Below are positions 31,683 to 41,334 of a DNA stretch of 64,000 nt, piece by piece; position 1 is the stretch's first letter; each line of letters begins with the position of its first letter. Made by a program: the position numbers and the translations under genes. A model generated the notes under the pieces. It made no database searches. It saw only the letters and a program-made list of their open reading frames with translations, and had not been told where the DNA came from. Location: assembly GCA_963702435.1 (NCBI GenBank), contig CAVPCR010000002.1, forward strand, positions 384,001 to 448,000. The letters run 5' to 3'. This stretch comes from Candidatus Eiseniibacteriota bacterium (lineage in GTDB: Bacteria > Eisenbacteria > RBG-16-71-46 > CAVPCR01).

Positions 31683-33074
31683 TCAGCGCAGCTTGAGCCG
31701 CCACCAGGCGAACCAGCTCATCTTGAGGAGCAGCAGGCCGTGCTTGAAGCGGCTGATATTGGTCGTGCCGTAGGTGCGGGCGGCATAGCGCACCGGGATC
31801 TCGACGATCTTGAGATTCGCCTTCGCCGCGCCGAGCAGGAGATCGAAGTCCCCGAACGGGTCGAAGTCCCCGAAGTAGGAGCGGTTGCGCGCGATGAGCT
31901 CGTAGTGGGCGCGCGACAGCACCTTGGTGCCGCACAGGGTGTCGCGGATCGGCTGATCGAGGAGCCACGTGAAGAGGAAGCTGAAGAAGCGGTTCCCGAG
32001 CTTGTTCAGGAACCGCATGGCCTCGACCTCCATCGGATAGACGAGCCGGGTCCCGTTCACGAGCTCGCCCTTGCCGCTCGCGAGCGCGGCGAAGAAGCGC
32101 GGCAGCAGCTCGGGCGGCACGGTCAGGTCGGCATCGAGGATCATGAGCACGTCGCCGGTCGCCGCGGCGAACCCCTTCCGCACCGCATCGCCCTTGCCGA
32201 CCCCGGCGCCCTGGCGGACGAGCGTCATGGGGCGCTCGGGATGGAGCGCGATCTGGTGCTCGATCTCCTCGGCCGTGCCGTCGCTCGAGTTGCCCTCGAC
32301 GAAGACGATCTCGGTGCCGGCGCCCATCTCCGGGGTGCGGCGCACCGCCTCCGCAATGTTTCCCCGTTCGTTCCGCGCCGGGATGACCACGCTCACCCGC
32401 CACGCCGCGGCGCCGGCCGGCGACTCCTCCGGCCGCGCGATCACGAGCTGGATCAGGCCGAGTTGGGTGAACGGCCAGAAGCGGCCGACGATGTGATTCA
32501 GGACCCAGGCGAGGCCGGGGATGCGGAACGGAAAGATCACCTCGCTCGACTCCCGGACCACGTCGATATCTGCGAGATGGCACAGGTTCTTGAGATCCTG
32601 GAGCGAGAGCCAGTTGAGCTCGCGGCGCGGCCGTCCGGCCTGGAACCGGGCCATGAAGCGCAGGAGAAGCTCCCAGACCGCGTTCGGGTGCGCAAGCAGG
32701 ATGCGCGTTCCCGGGTGGCACGCCGCCCGCGCCCGCGCGAGCACGGCCTCGACGTCGCGCGCCTCGCCGAGCGCCGCCCACACGACGACGAAGTCGAAGG
32801 GCGGCCCGGTCCAGGTGAACGACTCGAGCTCCACCGCGATGAACTCGAGGTGCGGATGGCGAGCGCGAGCGAGCGCCGCGACCGCCGGGTCCGCGCACAC
32901 GCCGACGCCGCGCCCGGGGTCGAGGGCCGCGAGCACGTCCCCGTTGCGGGCGGTGCCGATCTCGAGGACGCTCGCCCCGGGCGGGATGTGGAGCGCGAGC
33001 AGCCGCACGAGCTCGCGCACGTAAGGCGAGGTCCGCCGCGCCGCGGCCGCGCGCGGCGCCGCCGGCGTTGACAT
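31683..33074 (-). CDS. Methyltransferase-like domain + GT2 glycosyltransferase fusion
   Basis: VLEIG N-domain; VVIPARNE, VEGNSSDGT, ILDAD, DTLCGTK, DPFGDFDLL. Confidence 0.88.
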   Translation of the reverse strand: MSTPAAPRAAAARRTSPYVRELVRLLALHIPPGASVLEIGTARNGDVLAALDPGRGVGVCADPAVAALARARHPHLEFIAVELESFTWTGPPFDFVVVWAALGEARDVEAVLARARAACHPGTRILLAHPNAVWELLLRFMARFQAGRPRRELNWLSLQDLKNLCHLADIDVVRESSEVIFPFRIPGLAWVLNHIVGRFWPFTQLGLIQLVIARPEESPAGAAAWRVSVVIPARNERGNIAEAVRRTPEMGAGTEIVFVEGNSSDGTAEEIEHQIALHPERPMTLVRQGAGVGKGDAVRKGFAAATGDVLMILDADLTVPPELLPRFFAALASGKGELVNGTRLVYPMEVEAMRFLNKLGNRFFSFLFTWLLDQPIRDTLCGTKVLSRAHYELIARNRSYFGDFDPFGDFDLLLGAAKANLKIVEIPVRYAARTYGTTNISRFKHGLLLLKMSWFAWWRLKLR

Positions 33075-33107
33075 GTCCGGGTCTCCGGTCAACACTCCCT
33101 CCCCATC

Positions 33108-33923
33108 ATGCGACGTGAAAACTCGAAGCGCTCGCCCACCGTGCCGGCCGGCGATCAGACGCCGGCGGAGGTGATCGCGGCGCGCAACGTTGCCTATGCC
33201 GCGCGCCCGCTCCTCCGCGCGGTGTACCGCCAGGCGCTCGCCGCGATCGGGCGCGAGCTCGCGCCCGGCGCGCGCACGGTCGAGATCGGCGGCGGCTCCG
33301 GCATGGCCCGCGAGTTCCTCCCCGGGCTCCTCGTCACCGATCTCGTGGCCACCCCGCACGTGGACCTGGTGGCCGACGCCACGCGCTTGCCGTTCGCCGC
33401 GGCGAGCCTCGACAACCTGATCGGGATCGACTGCCTCCACCACCTCCCGCGTCCGGGCGCCCTCTTCGCCGAGGCGAACCGCGTCCTCCGTCCGGGCGGG
33501 CGCCTCGTGCTCATCGAGCCGTACATCTCACCCGCAAGCCGCCTCGCGTTCGCGCTCGCGCATCCCGAGCCGGTGGATCTCGCCGCCGATCCGTTACCGG
33601 ACGACGATCGACCCGTGTTCGCTCCCGGCGGACCCTTCGCCGCCAACCAGGCGATCCCGACGCTCCTCTTCTTCCGCCATCGCGCCCGCCTGGCCGCTCG
33701 CTTCCCCGCGCTCGCGCTCCGCACCGCGCGGCGCATGAGCACGGTCGCCTACCCGCTGAGCGGCGGGTTCTCGCAACCGAGCCCGGTGCCGGCGTGGGCC
33801 GCGGGCGCCGTGTGGGCGCTCGAGCGGCTGACTGCCCCTCTCGCGCCCCTCCTGGCCTTCCGGCTCCTCGTCACGCTCGAGCGGACGGCGGCACCGGCAC
33901 CGCACCACTCCGCGCCGCCGTGA
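33108..33923 (+). CDS. Class I SAM-dependent methyltransferase
   Basis: VEIGGGSG, ADATRLPF, DCLHH, RVLRPGG. Confidence 0.85.
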   Translation: MRRENSKRSPTVPAGDQTPAEVIAARNVAYAARPLLRAVYRQALAAIGRELAPGARTVEIGGGSGMAREFLPGLLVTDLVATPHVDLVADATRLPFAAASLDNLIGIDCLHHLPRPGALFAEANRVLRPGGRLVLIEPYISPASRLAFALAHPEPVDLAADPLPDDDRPVFAPGGPFAANQAIPTLLFFRHRARLAARFPALALRTARRMSTVAYPLSGGFSQPSPVPAWAAGAVWALERLTAPLAPLLAFRLLVTLERTAAPAPHHSAPP

Positions 33924-34863
33924 CCTGCGCAGCGACCCACGGATAGGTGCGGGCGATCCCGTCCGCGAGGAAGTACCGGGCCCGCCATCCGGTCGTGTAG
34001 ATGCGCTCGTTCGAGAAGTTACGGGAGCGGACGCCGACCGGACCGTCCACGTGCCGGATGTTGACTCGCTTCCCCGCCGCCGCGGCCACGGTCGCGACGA
34101 GCTCGTTCACCGACACGTACTCGGGACAGCCGATGTTGGCCGGCCCGTCGAGAGCGGAGTGCATGAGGCGGTAGATCCCGTCGACCATGTCGTCGACGTA
34201 GGTGTAGGAGCGGATGGCGGTGCCGTCACCCCACACTTCGATCGTGCCGCCGTCCTCGACCTCGGCCACCTTGCGGCAGATCGCCGCCGGCGCCTTCTCG
34301 CGGCCGCCGGTCCAGGTGCCCTCGGGGCCGTAGCAGTTCTGGAAGCGCGCGATGCGCACCTGCATGCCGGTCTTGCGGGCGAAGGCCATGGCCACCCGTT
34401 CCGAGTAGAGCTTCTCCCAGCCGTACTCGTTGTCGGGAAACGCCGGATAGGCGCCGGCTTCGTCCAGCTCGGGCTCGCCCGGAGCCATGTCGCGATAGAT
34501 GCAGACCGACGACGAGAAGAAGTAGTGCGGCACGCGAGCGGCGGCGGCGGCCCGGGTCATGTTGACATTGATGAAGACGTTGTTGCGCATGATCTCGCAC
34601 TCGGCGGCGTGGATGAAGCCCATCCCGCCCATGTCGGCCGCGAGCTGGTACACCTCGTCGAACGGACCCCCATCGCGGGCGAGCGCCGCCGCACAGTTCT
34701 TCTCGTCGCGGAGATCGAGGAGGAGGAACTCGTCCGCGGCGGTCGGGGCGAACTCGGAGTGCTTGAGATCCACGCCACGCACCCAGTAGCCGCGGGCCCG
34801 GAGCCCCTTCACGAGGTGGCTCCCGATGAACCCGCCGGCGCCGCAGACCAGGGCTGTTTTCAT
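33871..34863 (-). CDS. NAD-dependent epimerase/dehydratase, GDP-mannose 3,5-epimerase-like
   Basis: GAGGFIG, LAADMGGMGFI, SSVCIY, YGWEK, GGREKAPAAICRK, VWGDG, GVRSRN. Confidence 0.9.
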   Translation of the reverse strand: MKTALVCGAGGFIGSHLVKGLRARGYWVRGVDLKHSEFAPTAADEFLLLDLRDEKNCAAALARDGGPFDEVYQLAADMGGMGFIHAAECEIMRNNVFINVNMTRAAAAARVPHYFFSSSVCIYRDMAPGEPELDEAGAYPAFPDNEYGWEKLYSERVAMAFARKTGMQVRIARFQNCYGPEGTWTGGREKAPAAICRKVAEVEDGGTIEVWGDGTAIRSYTYVDDMVDGIYRLMHSALDGPANIGCPEYVSVNELVATVAAAAGKRVNIRHVDGPVGVRSRNFSNERIYTTGWRARYFLADGIARTYPWVAAQVTAARSGAVPVPPSARA

Positions 34864-35205
34864 CCGACGATCCTCTGGACCATGCTCACTGCCGGGGGCG
34901 AGCCGCGGGCGATCGCCGAACCCCGGCGTGGAAACGCCGCCCCGAGCCCGGGGCGGCGCGCCGCATGCATCGTCAACATTAACCCGGGACGCAGCGAAAT
35001 GTCCACGCATGCGGACCTCATGGAGACAAGGAGACACATGAACCTGAGCCCTCCCCAACGGAGACCGATCGGGGCGCTGGCGGGGCGCCGGAGGACCGGG
35101 AACTCGCGCCTGGTGTTGGAGAGGCGCTCTACCGGCATCTGAGAGGCATTCTGGAGACGGGGCCGGCCGGAGGCAGAAAGACGATCGAGGAGAGGGTGGA
35201 GAAGT

Positions 35206-35291
35206 TGGTGCCGGGAGCGGGATTTGAACCCGCACGGGTTGCCCCACACGCCCCTCAAACGTGCGTGTCTACCAGGTTCCACCATCCCGGC
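35206..35291 (-). tRNA. tRNA-Leu (anticodon GAG)
   Basis: GCCGGGA acceptor stem pairs with TCCCGGC followed by ACCA. Anticodon arm CACGT-TTGAGGG-GCGTG, long variable arm, GGTTCAAATCC T-arm. Downstream of secG, as for E. coli leuU. Confidence 0.97.
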
Positions 35292-35393
35292 ACCGCAATC
35301 GTCAGGTCAGAAGCCCCCGGTGGAGGGGGCTCGGTTCCGTAGAATACGCGATCCCGCGGGATCGTTCTCGCTCGATGTTCTTCCCCGCCCTGC

Positions 35394-35957
35394 CTAGCGG
35401 CCGCCGCCCGTCGCCGACCCGGCCGGCGGCGCCTTCGGCGCCGGGGTTGCCGCACCGGGTGCCGGTGTACTCGCTCCGGGCGCCGGCGTCCCCGGAACTG
35501 CCGTCCCGGCGGCCGGCACCGTCATGGGCACACTGCCGTAAGCACCAGGGGCGCCCGGCCGTGGGGCCGGCGCACCGGCCGGCGCAGTCCCGGCGGCTCC
35601 ACCCGGTCCTGCCGGCTGACCGCTCGCCGGGAAGCCCGACTCACCCGGCCCCGGCAGGCTCGTCGGCTCCTCGGTCGCTTGCGCTGCCGCCTTCTCGAGA
35701 GCGCTCTTCGACTCGCCGCCGAAGCGATCGCTCGAGAGGATGGCAAGAAGCAGGGAGCTCACCATGAAGCTCGCCCCGAGCACCGTCGTGGCCTTGCTGA
35801 GGAAGGTAGCCGCGCCGCGTCCGCCGAAGATGGCCTGGGAGCCGCCTCCGCCGCCGAAGGCCCCGGCCAGTCCGCCGCCCCGCCCCGACTGGAGCAGAAC
35901 GGAGATCATGAGCGCCAGGCTGATGAGGACATGCAGGATCAGTAGAACGACGTACAT
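35394..35957 (-). CDS. secG: Preprotein translocase subunit SecG with Pro/Ala/Gly-rich tail
   Basis: VLLQSGRGGGLAGAFGG...FLSKAT, two TM helices, located downstream of tpiA. Confidence 0.95.
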   Translation of the reverse strand: MYVVLLILHVLISLALMISVLLQSGRGGGLAGAFGGGGGSQAIFGGRGAATFLSKATTVLGASFMVSSLLLAILSSDRFGGESKSALEKAAAQATEEPTSLPGPGESGFPASGQPAGPGGAAGTAPAGAPAPRPGAPGAYGSVPMTVPAAGTAVPGTPAPGASTPAPGAATPAPKAPPAGSATGGGR

Positions 35958-35996
35958 GCGGTCAACACTCTCCGTTGGCTTGAATCGAGCCCGAGG

Positions 35997-36025
35997 AGGG
36001 TAGCATGCGACCCCGGTCGGCTCAA
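35997..36025 (-). promoter_or_regulatory. Putative sigma70 promoter of secG
   Basis: TTGAGC-N17-TACCCT with a TG extension. Confidence 0.4.
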
Positions 36026-36133
36026 CCCCGGTTTTTCGAAGGGCCGCGGAGGTGGGAGCCCCGGCATCATGCGGCCCCGCCAGCCCCGGCCGCCCCCACC
36101 CGGGGCCGCCGGCCCCGCCCGGAGTCGCCGGGC

Positions 36134-36925
36134 CTACCTGGCTGCTTCGGCCCCGATCTGGATCAGACGCCCGAAATCCTCCGCCTTGAGGCTCGCTCCT
36201 CCGACCAGGGCTCCGTCGATCTCGACCTCCCCGAGCAGGTCGGCCCCATTCCCGGCGTTGACGCTGCCCCCGTAGAGGATCCGGAGCTCGGCGGCCGTCG
36301 GCTCACCCAGGCGCTCGGCGAGCGCCGCGCGCAGGCGGGCGTGCACCTCGACCGCCTGGGCCGGCGTCGCGGTTCGCCCGGTGCCGATCGCCCACACCGG
36401 TTCGTAGGCGAGCACCGTCGCGGCCGCCTGCGCCCGATCGAGGGCCCCGTAGACCGCGCCGAGCTGCCGCTCGACGACCGGGACCGTGTCGCCGGCCTCG
36501 CGCTCCGCCAGGGTCTCCCCGACGCAGACGATCGGCGTGAGTCCCACGTCGAGCGCCGCGCGCGCCTTCCGCGCGACCGTCTCGTCCGATTCGCCGAAGA
36601 GATGGCGACGCTCCGAATGACCGACGATCACGAAGCGGCACCCCACCTCGAGGAGCATGTCGCCCGCGATCTCGCCGGTGAAGGCGCCCGCGCGTTCCCA
36701 GTGGAGATCCTGTGCGCCAAGCCCGACGCTCGAACCGCGGAGCGCCTCGGCCACCGCGGTCAGGGTCACGAAGGGCGGACATACGATCACCTGCGGCGGC
36801 GTCCCCGCACCGCGCGCTCCACCCTCGACCCCGCTCACCGCGCGCGCCACCGCCCGCGCGAGCTCGGCGCCCGCGCGCGGCCCCAGGTTCATCTTCCAGT
36901 TGCCGGCGATCAGCTTCTGCCGCAT
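36134..36925 (-). CDS. tpiA: Triosephosphate isomerase
   Basis: AGNWKMN, GHSERR, AYEPVWAIGTG, YGGSV, LVGGASL. Confidence 0.99.
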   Translation of the reverse strand: MRQKLIAGNWKMNLGPRAGAELARAVARAVSGVEGGARGAGTPPQVIVCPPFVTLTAVAEALRGSSVGLGAQDLHWERAGAFTGEIAGDMLLEVGCRFVIVGHSERRHLFGESDETVARKARAALDVGLTPIVCVGETLAEREAGDTVPVVERQLGAVYGALDRAQAAATVLAYEPVWAIGTGRTATPAQAVEVHARLRAALAERLGEPTAAELRILYGGSVNAGNGADLLGEVEIDGALVGGASLKAEDFGRLIQIGAEAAR

Positions 36926-36956
36926 GTCGAGCCCTCGTGTCAGTGGCCGTGCGATG

Positions 36957-38195
36957 TCAGCGGCCTGCGGGCGCGTCGGTGAGCGCGGCGACGCCGGGCA
37001 GCACCTTTCCCTCGAGGAACTCGAGGGATGCCCCGCCGCCGGTCGAGATGTGGGAGATCTGCTCGGCGAGACCGGCGCTCTCGACAGCGGCCACCGAGTC
37101 GCCGCCGCCCACGATCGTCGTCGCCCCGCGGCCGGTGGCCTGGGCCAGGGACTCCGCGACCGCGCGCGTGCCGTCAGCGAAGGGCTTCACCTCGAAGATG
37201 CCCATGGGGCCGTTCCAGAGGATCGTGCGGGCGTCGGCGAGCGCGGCGCCGAAGCGGGCCATCGTCGCCGGTCCGATGTCGACCCCCAGCACGCCTTCGG
37301 GGATGGCCGTGACCGGGACGATGTGACCCGCGCCGCCGGTTCCGTCGGCGTCCGCGGCCACGCGCGTGTCGGTCGGCAGGATGAGCTTCGGCCCCGCCTG
37401 CTTCAAGATGTCGCGCGCCAGGTCGAGCTTGTCGTCCTCGACCAGCGAGCGGCCGATCGCGAGCCCCTGGGCCTTGAGGAACGTGAACATCATCGCCCCG
37501 CCGATCAGCATGCGGTCAACGCGCGGCAGGAGATGGGTGATGACGTCGATCTTGCCGGAGATCTTGGCGCCGCCGAGGATGGCGACGAAGGGCCGCGCCG
37601 GCGACTCGAGAGCGCGCCCGAGCACCTCGATCTCGCGCGCAAGGAGGAGTCCGGCCGCGGCCGGCTTGAGATGCGCGGTGACGCCCGCGGTCGAGGCGTG
37701 GGCGCGATGGGCGCTGCCGAAGGCATCGTTCACGTAGACCTCGCCGAGACGCGCGAGGGCGGCGGCGAAGGCGGGATCGTTGGCCTCTTCCTCGGGGTGG
37801 AAGCGCAGGTTCTCGAGCACGAGCACGCCGCCCGGCGCGAGGGCGGCGGCCATGCGCTCGATGTCGGGTCCCACGCAATCGGGGGCGAAAATCACCGGCA
37901 CACCGAGGAGATCGGAGAGTCGCTCGGCCGCCGGCGCCAGGGACTGGGTGGGATCGGGCTTCTTCGGGCGTCCGAGGTGCGACATGAGGATGACCCGGGC
38001 GCCGGCCTCGCGGAGCAGCCGGATGGTCGGCAACGTGGCGCGGATCCGCGTGTCGTCGGTCACCTTGCCTTCACCGAGCGGAACGTTGAAGTCGACGCGC
38101 ACGAGCACGCGCTTTCCGCCGCGGCCGTCCGGGCCGCGGAGATCGAGGTCACGGACGCTCAGCTTGCCGAGGCCCGTCTTGGCTTGAGGAGTCAT
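36957..38195 (-). CDS. pgk: Phosphoglycerate kinase
   Basis: [56 protein letters not shown]. Confidence 0.99.
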   Translation of the reverse strand: MTPQAKTGLGKLSVRDLDLRGPDGRGGKRVLVRVDFNVPLGEGKVTDDTRIRATLPTIRLLREAGARVILMSHLGRPKKPDPTQSLAPAAERLSDLLGVPVIFAPDCVGPDIERMAAALAPGGVLVLENLRFHPEEEANDPAFAAALARLGEVYVNDAFGSAHRAHASTAGVTAHLKPAAAGLLLAREIEVLGRALESPARPFVAILGGAKISGKIDVITHLLPRVDRMLIGGAMMFTFLKAQGLAIGRSLVEDDKLDLARDILKQAGPKLILPTDTRVAADADGTGGAGHIVPVTAIPEGVLGVDIGPATMARFGAALADARTILWNGPMGIFEVKPFADGTRAVAESLAQATGRGATTIVGGGDSVAAVESAGLAEQISHISTGGGASLEFLEGKVLPGVAALTDAPAGR

Positions 38196-38294
38196 GGCCA
38201 CCCCCATCATGGAAACAACATCGGCGCGCCCATCCAGCCGGCGCGCGGCGGGAGCGATGCGGCGATCAGGCGGGGATTGGGAGCCGGAGGGGCG

Positions 38295-38323
38295 AGACTA
38301 GGCGGGCGGCCCGGGGGTGTCAA
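38295..38323 (-). promoter_or_regulatory. Putative sigma70 promoter of pgk-tpiA
   Basis: TTGACA-N17-TAGTCT. Confidence 0.65.
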
Positions 38324-38659
38324 CCCTCGGCGAACTGCCGGCGGTGGTGCTGCAGGCGCCAACGCTCCCGTTGCGCAGTGGGCCGCCAGCGGCAAGCCCA
38401 CCGTGGCCCGGCTCCCTCCCCTGACAACCTGGTTAGCGAGTCCGACAACGCCGTTCGCAGGTGGGTGCCCCGGCGAGGCTGCCGCTCGAGGCCGGTGACC
38501 GACGTATCGATCGAGAAGCGGCGGTGGTTTCGCCGGATTCCTCTTCTGACCTGCAGCGGCATGAATCCTGCACTTGATGGGATCAGGCACGCGCGGGGAG
38601 GGTGACCGAGTTCACAAGACGCGACAGCGTTTGCCGCGGAGGGCGCGATCGGATCTCTG

Positions 38660-40216
38660 CTAGTAGTCGCTCTGGTCGCTGGCGCGGATCAGGCGGTAGT
38701 CGCCGACCCCGAGGTCGTCCACGAACACGAACTGGAGGCCCAGGCTCGTAGACATCTGCTTCTTGGGGAACAGCTCGACCCCCCGGTAGTCGTAGATCCA
38801 GATCTCGAACGCGCGCGAGTCCTCGGGATCGATGGCGCGACTGCCGGTGAGATCCCCCGCGGTCGAGCGGTCGAGCTCCTCGAGGGCCTCGTTGATGTCG
38901 TTGCCCTGGACGGGGATCACCTCGCGCCGAACCTCGTCGGGCTCGCCGTACTTGATGTAGATCCGCCCGCGGTCGGTGCGCATCCCCGGCTCGATCGTGG
39001 TCGTGTAGTTGTAGTTGGCAAACGCGATCCGCCGGTTGAACTCGTCGAGGATCTCGTTGCCCGCACCCGGTGTAGGGTCGCGAGCCGCCCAGAAGTCGTT
39101 CAGATAGCGCTCCTTGGCGCCGGGACGCAAGGCGAGAAAGTTGTCGAGCTCGGCCCCGTCGATGAGGAATGGCACCTCCGCCTCGATCTTGGCGAGCCAG
39201 CGCATCCAGTAGGCCGACACCCACATGACGTCGAACGATGACTCGACGACCGCGCGCCCGCTTGCCGCGACGTCCTTGACGGTGACTCCAAGCGAATAGG
39301 TGCCCGCGCGGAGCCCCGATACGTCGAAGCTGGAGGTGTCGGCCCAGGTCTCGACCTGGCTCGAGAGCTTGCGCTGCCAGGTCCGGAGCTGCGTTCCATC
39401 CTGGTCGCGAAGGACATAGGTGAGCTCGTACTGACGCCGCTCACCGGCCTGCCACGGGTTGAGGTCATAGGCCTCGAGATACGTGGCGGCGATGCGATCC
39501 GGCGCGCCGTAGACGCGGCCCGGATTGGGTTCGACGTCGAGCCCCGACTTGACGAAGGTCGGATCGGCGGCCTGCCCGCCGAAGGGACGGGCAAACTCGA
39601 TGTCGGACACCGAGAGCTCCCCCTCCGGGAAGCGGCGGAGAGCGAGGGGCGCCGCAGCGGATCCGCTCTTGGGCGTCTTCGTGAAGAGATAGACGATGCC
39701 TCGCTTGCGCGCGTTCCGGTCCTCGATCTGGGCCGCAACCGAGTCGGTCCCCTCGGGCACGGGGATCCGAAGCTGCAGGACTTGCCGGCGCACCGCCACC
39801 TCCGGCGGCACCTGGCCATCGGGCCCGGCCGGCGCGCCCTCCCGGAACTCGAGCGGATACTCGCGCCCGCCGAGGCGCTTGCCGCCGCCGAGGAACTCGA
39901 GCTGGAACTCGGTATTGGCGACGAGCCGGCCATCCTTCACCCGGAAGCCGAGGTCGGCGTTGTCGACCTCGAGATAGAACTCCGACTCGGTCGTGCCCAC
40001 TCCCGAGCGGAACGAAGCGTGGTCGAGGCGGAAGCGGATGTCGCCGGTGCCGATGATCGGAAAGTCGGCGGCCGCCGGTGAAGCGAGAGCTGCGGCCAGC
40101 CCGGCGGCCAGCCATACGCCGCGCGCCCCGCCGGAACGGGCGGCCAGCGCCACGCGGCGCCCCGGGCCGGACCCGGCGGCGAAGGCCATCTGGAGAGCCC
40201 TGACCCGAACGTTCAT
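38660..40216 (-). CDS. GWxTD-domain protein
   Basis: Signal-like N-terminus, Ig-like middle. C-domain FWAARDPTP..NE...F.RRI..AN...GMRTDRGRIYIKYGEPD...WIY...FVFVD..G.GDY. Start uncertain. Confidence 0.85.
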   Translation of the reverse strand: MNVRVRALQMAFAAGSGPGRRVALAARSGGARGVWLAAGLAAALASPAAADFPIIGTGDIRFRLDHASFRSGVGTTESEFYLEVDNADLGFRVKDGRLVANTEFQLEFLGGGKRLGGREYPLEFREGAPAGPDGQVPPEVAVRRQVLQLRIPVPEGTDSVAAQIEDRNARKRGIVYLFTKTPKSGSAAAPLALRRFPEGELSVSDIEFARPFGGQAADPTFVKSGLDVEPNPGRVYGAPDRIAATYLEAYDLNPWQAGERRQYELTYVLRDQDGTQLRTWQRKLSSQVETWADTSSFDVSGLRAGTYSLGVTVKDVAASGRAVVESSFDVMWVSAYWMRWLAKIEAEVPFLIDGAELDNFLALRPGAKERYLNDFWAARDPTPGAGNEILDEFNRRIAFANYNYTTTIEPGMRTDRGRIYIKYGEPDEVRREVIPVQGNDINEALEELDRSTAGDLTGSRAIDPEDSRAFEIWIYDYRGVELFPKKQMSTSLGLQFVFVDDLGVGDYRLIRASDQSDY

Positions 40217-40303
40217 GTCGGCCCCAAAAGAAAGGAAGCAGCGCGGGTTCACCGTGCTGCTTCCGCGCGGGCGGCGCAAGTGGAAAATCGGACGTCGTGC
40301 CGT

Positions 40304-41239
40304 CTAGAACCCGAGCTCGACCGAGAAGCGATGGACGGTGCCGAGCGTTTCGAAGTCGTTGTAGGCGTAGTCGACCTTGGCCATCGCGGCATCCGAGACC
40401 GGGAACTTGACGCCGGCGCCGGCCGTCAAACCCTCGGTGTCGTAGTTGAACTTGTACCCGCCGCGCAGGAACATGAAGTCACGGAATCCGTACTCCGCTC
40501 CCCAGTTGCCGCGCTCCGCGTTGTCGGGCGGATGCGAGAACTCGACCGCCGTCAGCACGTTGTGCGGCCCGTTCTGGTAGAGCATGATCGAGCTGCCGAG
40601 CCGGAAGATGATGGGCATCTTCACCGAGTCCTCGATGAACTTCATCTCGGCGCCGATGTTGGCGATCGCCATCCCAATGCGGAGCGAGCGGTAGCCGGTG
40701 TCGTACAGCACGCCGAAGTCGAAGGTGGCGGTCGAGGCGTCGTAGTCGGCCAGGGTCTCCTGGACGTAGTTGACGGTGATTCCGGCCGAGAACTTGTCGG
40801 TGAACGACCGCCCGTACGTGAGCCCGAAGGCCACGTCGCCGGCATCGAAGTACGTGCCGTCACCCTCGGGGTGCGTGGTGTCCGTCCGCAACACGGGGGC
40901 CATGCTCAGCGCGCGGGCATGCACGGCGAGCATCCCCGGGATGAAGCCGACCGAGAAGATGTACGCGCCCTGGTTCAGGTCGAGCTCCGCCGGCCATGCC
41001 GCGTGACTGAAGGAGACCACGTTCCCCTGCACCCGGGCGATCCCCGCCGGATTCCAGTACACGGCCGTCGCGTCGTCCGCGATGGCGGTGTACGCATCGC
41101 CCATGGCGGTGGCGCGAGCGCCGATCCCGATCTTCAGGAACTGCCCCCCGATGGTGCCGACCTTCTCGAAGATCTCGGTCGCTCCCGCCTGTCCGGCGCT
41201 GAGCACGAGAACGAGGGCCAGCAAGCTCATTCGCTTCAC
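40304..41239 (-). CDS. PorV/PorQ-family outer membrane beta-barrel
   Basis: QFLKIGIGARATAMG.A...ADDATAVYWNPAG, GAEY, LRGGY, DYAY..F..LG..HRFS, C-terminal Phe. GTG follows GAGGT. Confidence 0.88.
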   Translation of the reverse strand: MKRMSLLALVLVLSAGQAGATEIFEKVGTIGGQFLKIGIGARATAMGDAYTAIADDATAVYWNPAGIARVQGNVVSFSHAAWPAELDLNQGAYIFSVGFIPGMLAVHARALSMAPVLRTDTTHPEGDGTYFDAGDVAFGLTYGRSFTDKFSAGITVNYVQETLADYDASTATFDFGVLYDTGYRSLRIGMAIANIGAEMKFIEDSVKMPIIFRLGSSIMLYQNGPHNVLTAVEFSHPPDNAERGNWGAEYGFRDFMFLRGGYKFNYDTEGLTAGAGVKFPVSDAAMAKVDYAYNDFETLGTVHRFSVELGF

Positions 41240-41334
41240 GACTTGACCTCCGTGATTCCGGCCGCCGCCCGCACGGCGGACCTCGCGGCTCCCGTCGCCG
41301 GCAGCGGCCGGCTGCGCTGTGGTCGCCTGATCCA

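Noticed and set aside
33871..33923. 53-bp convergent overlap of methyltransferase and epimerase
   Set aside because: Low-complexity tails at high GC; common and uninformative.
34860..35285. 141-aa ORF and the extended epimerase start crossing the tRNA
   Set aside because: Overlaps a canonical tRNA; the epimerase homology begins at ATG 34863.
19200..35291. Integrative element anchored at tRNA-Leu
   Set aside because: No integrase and no duplicate of the tRNA 3' end found by eye.
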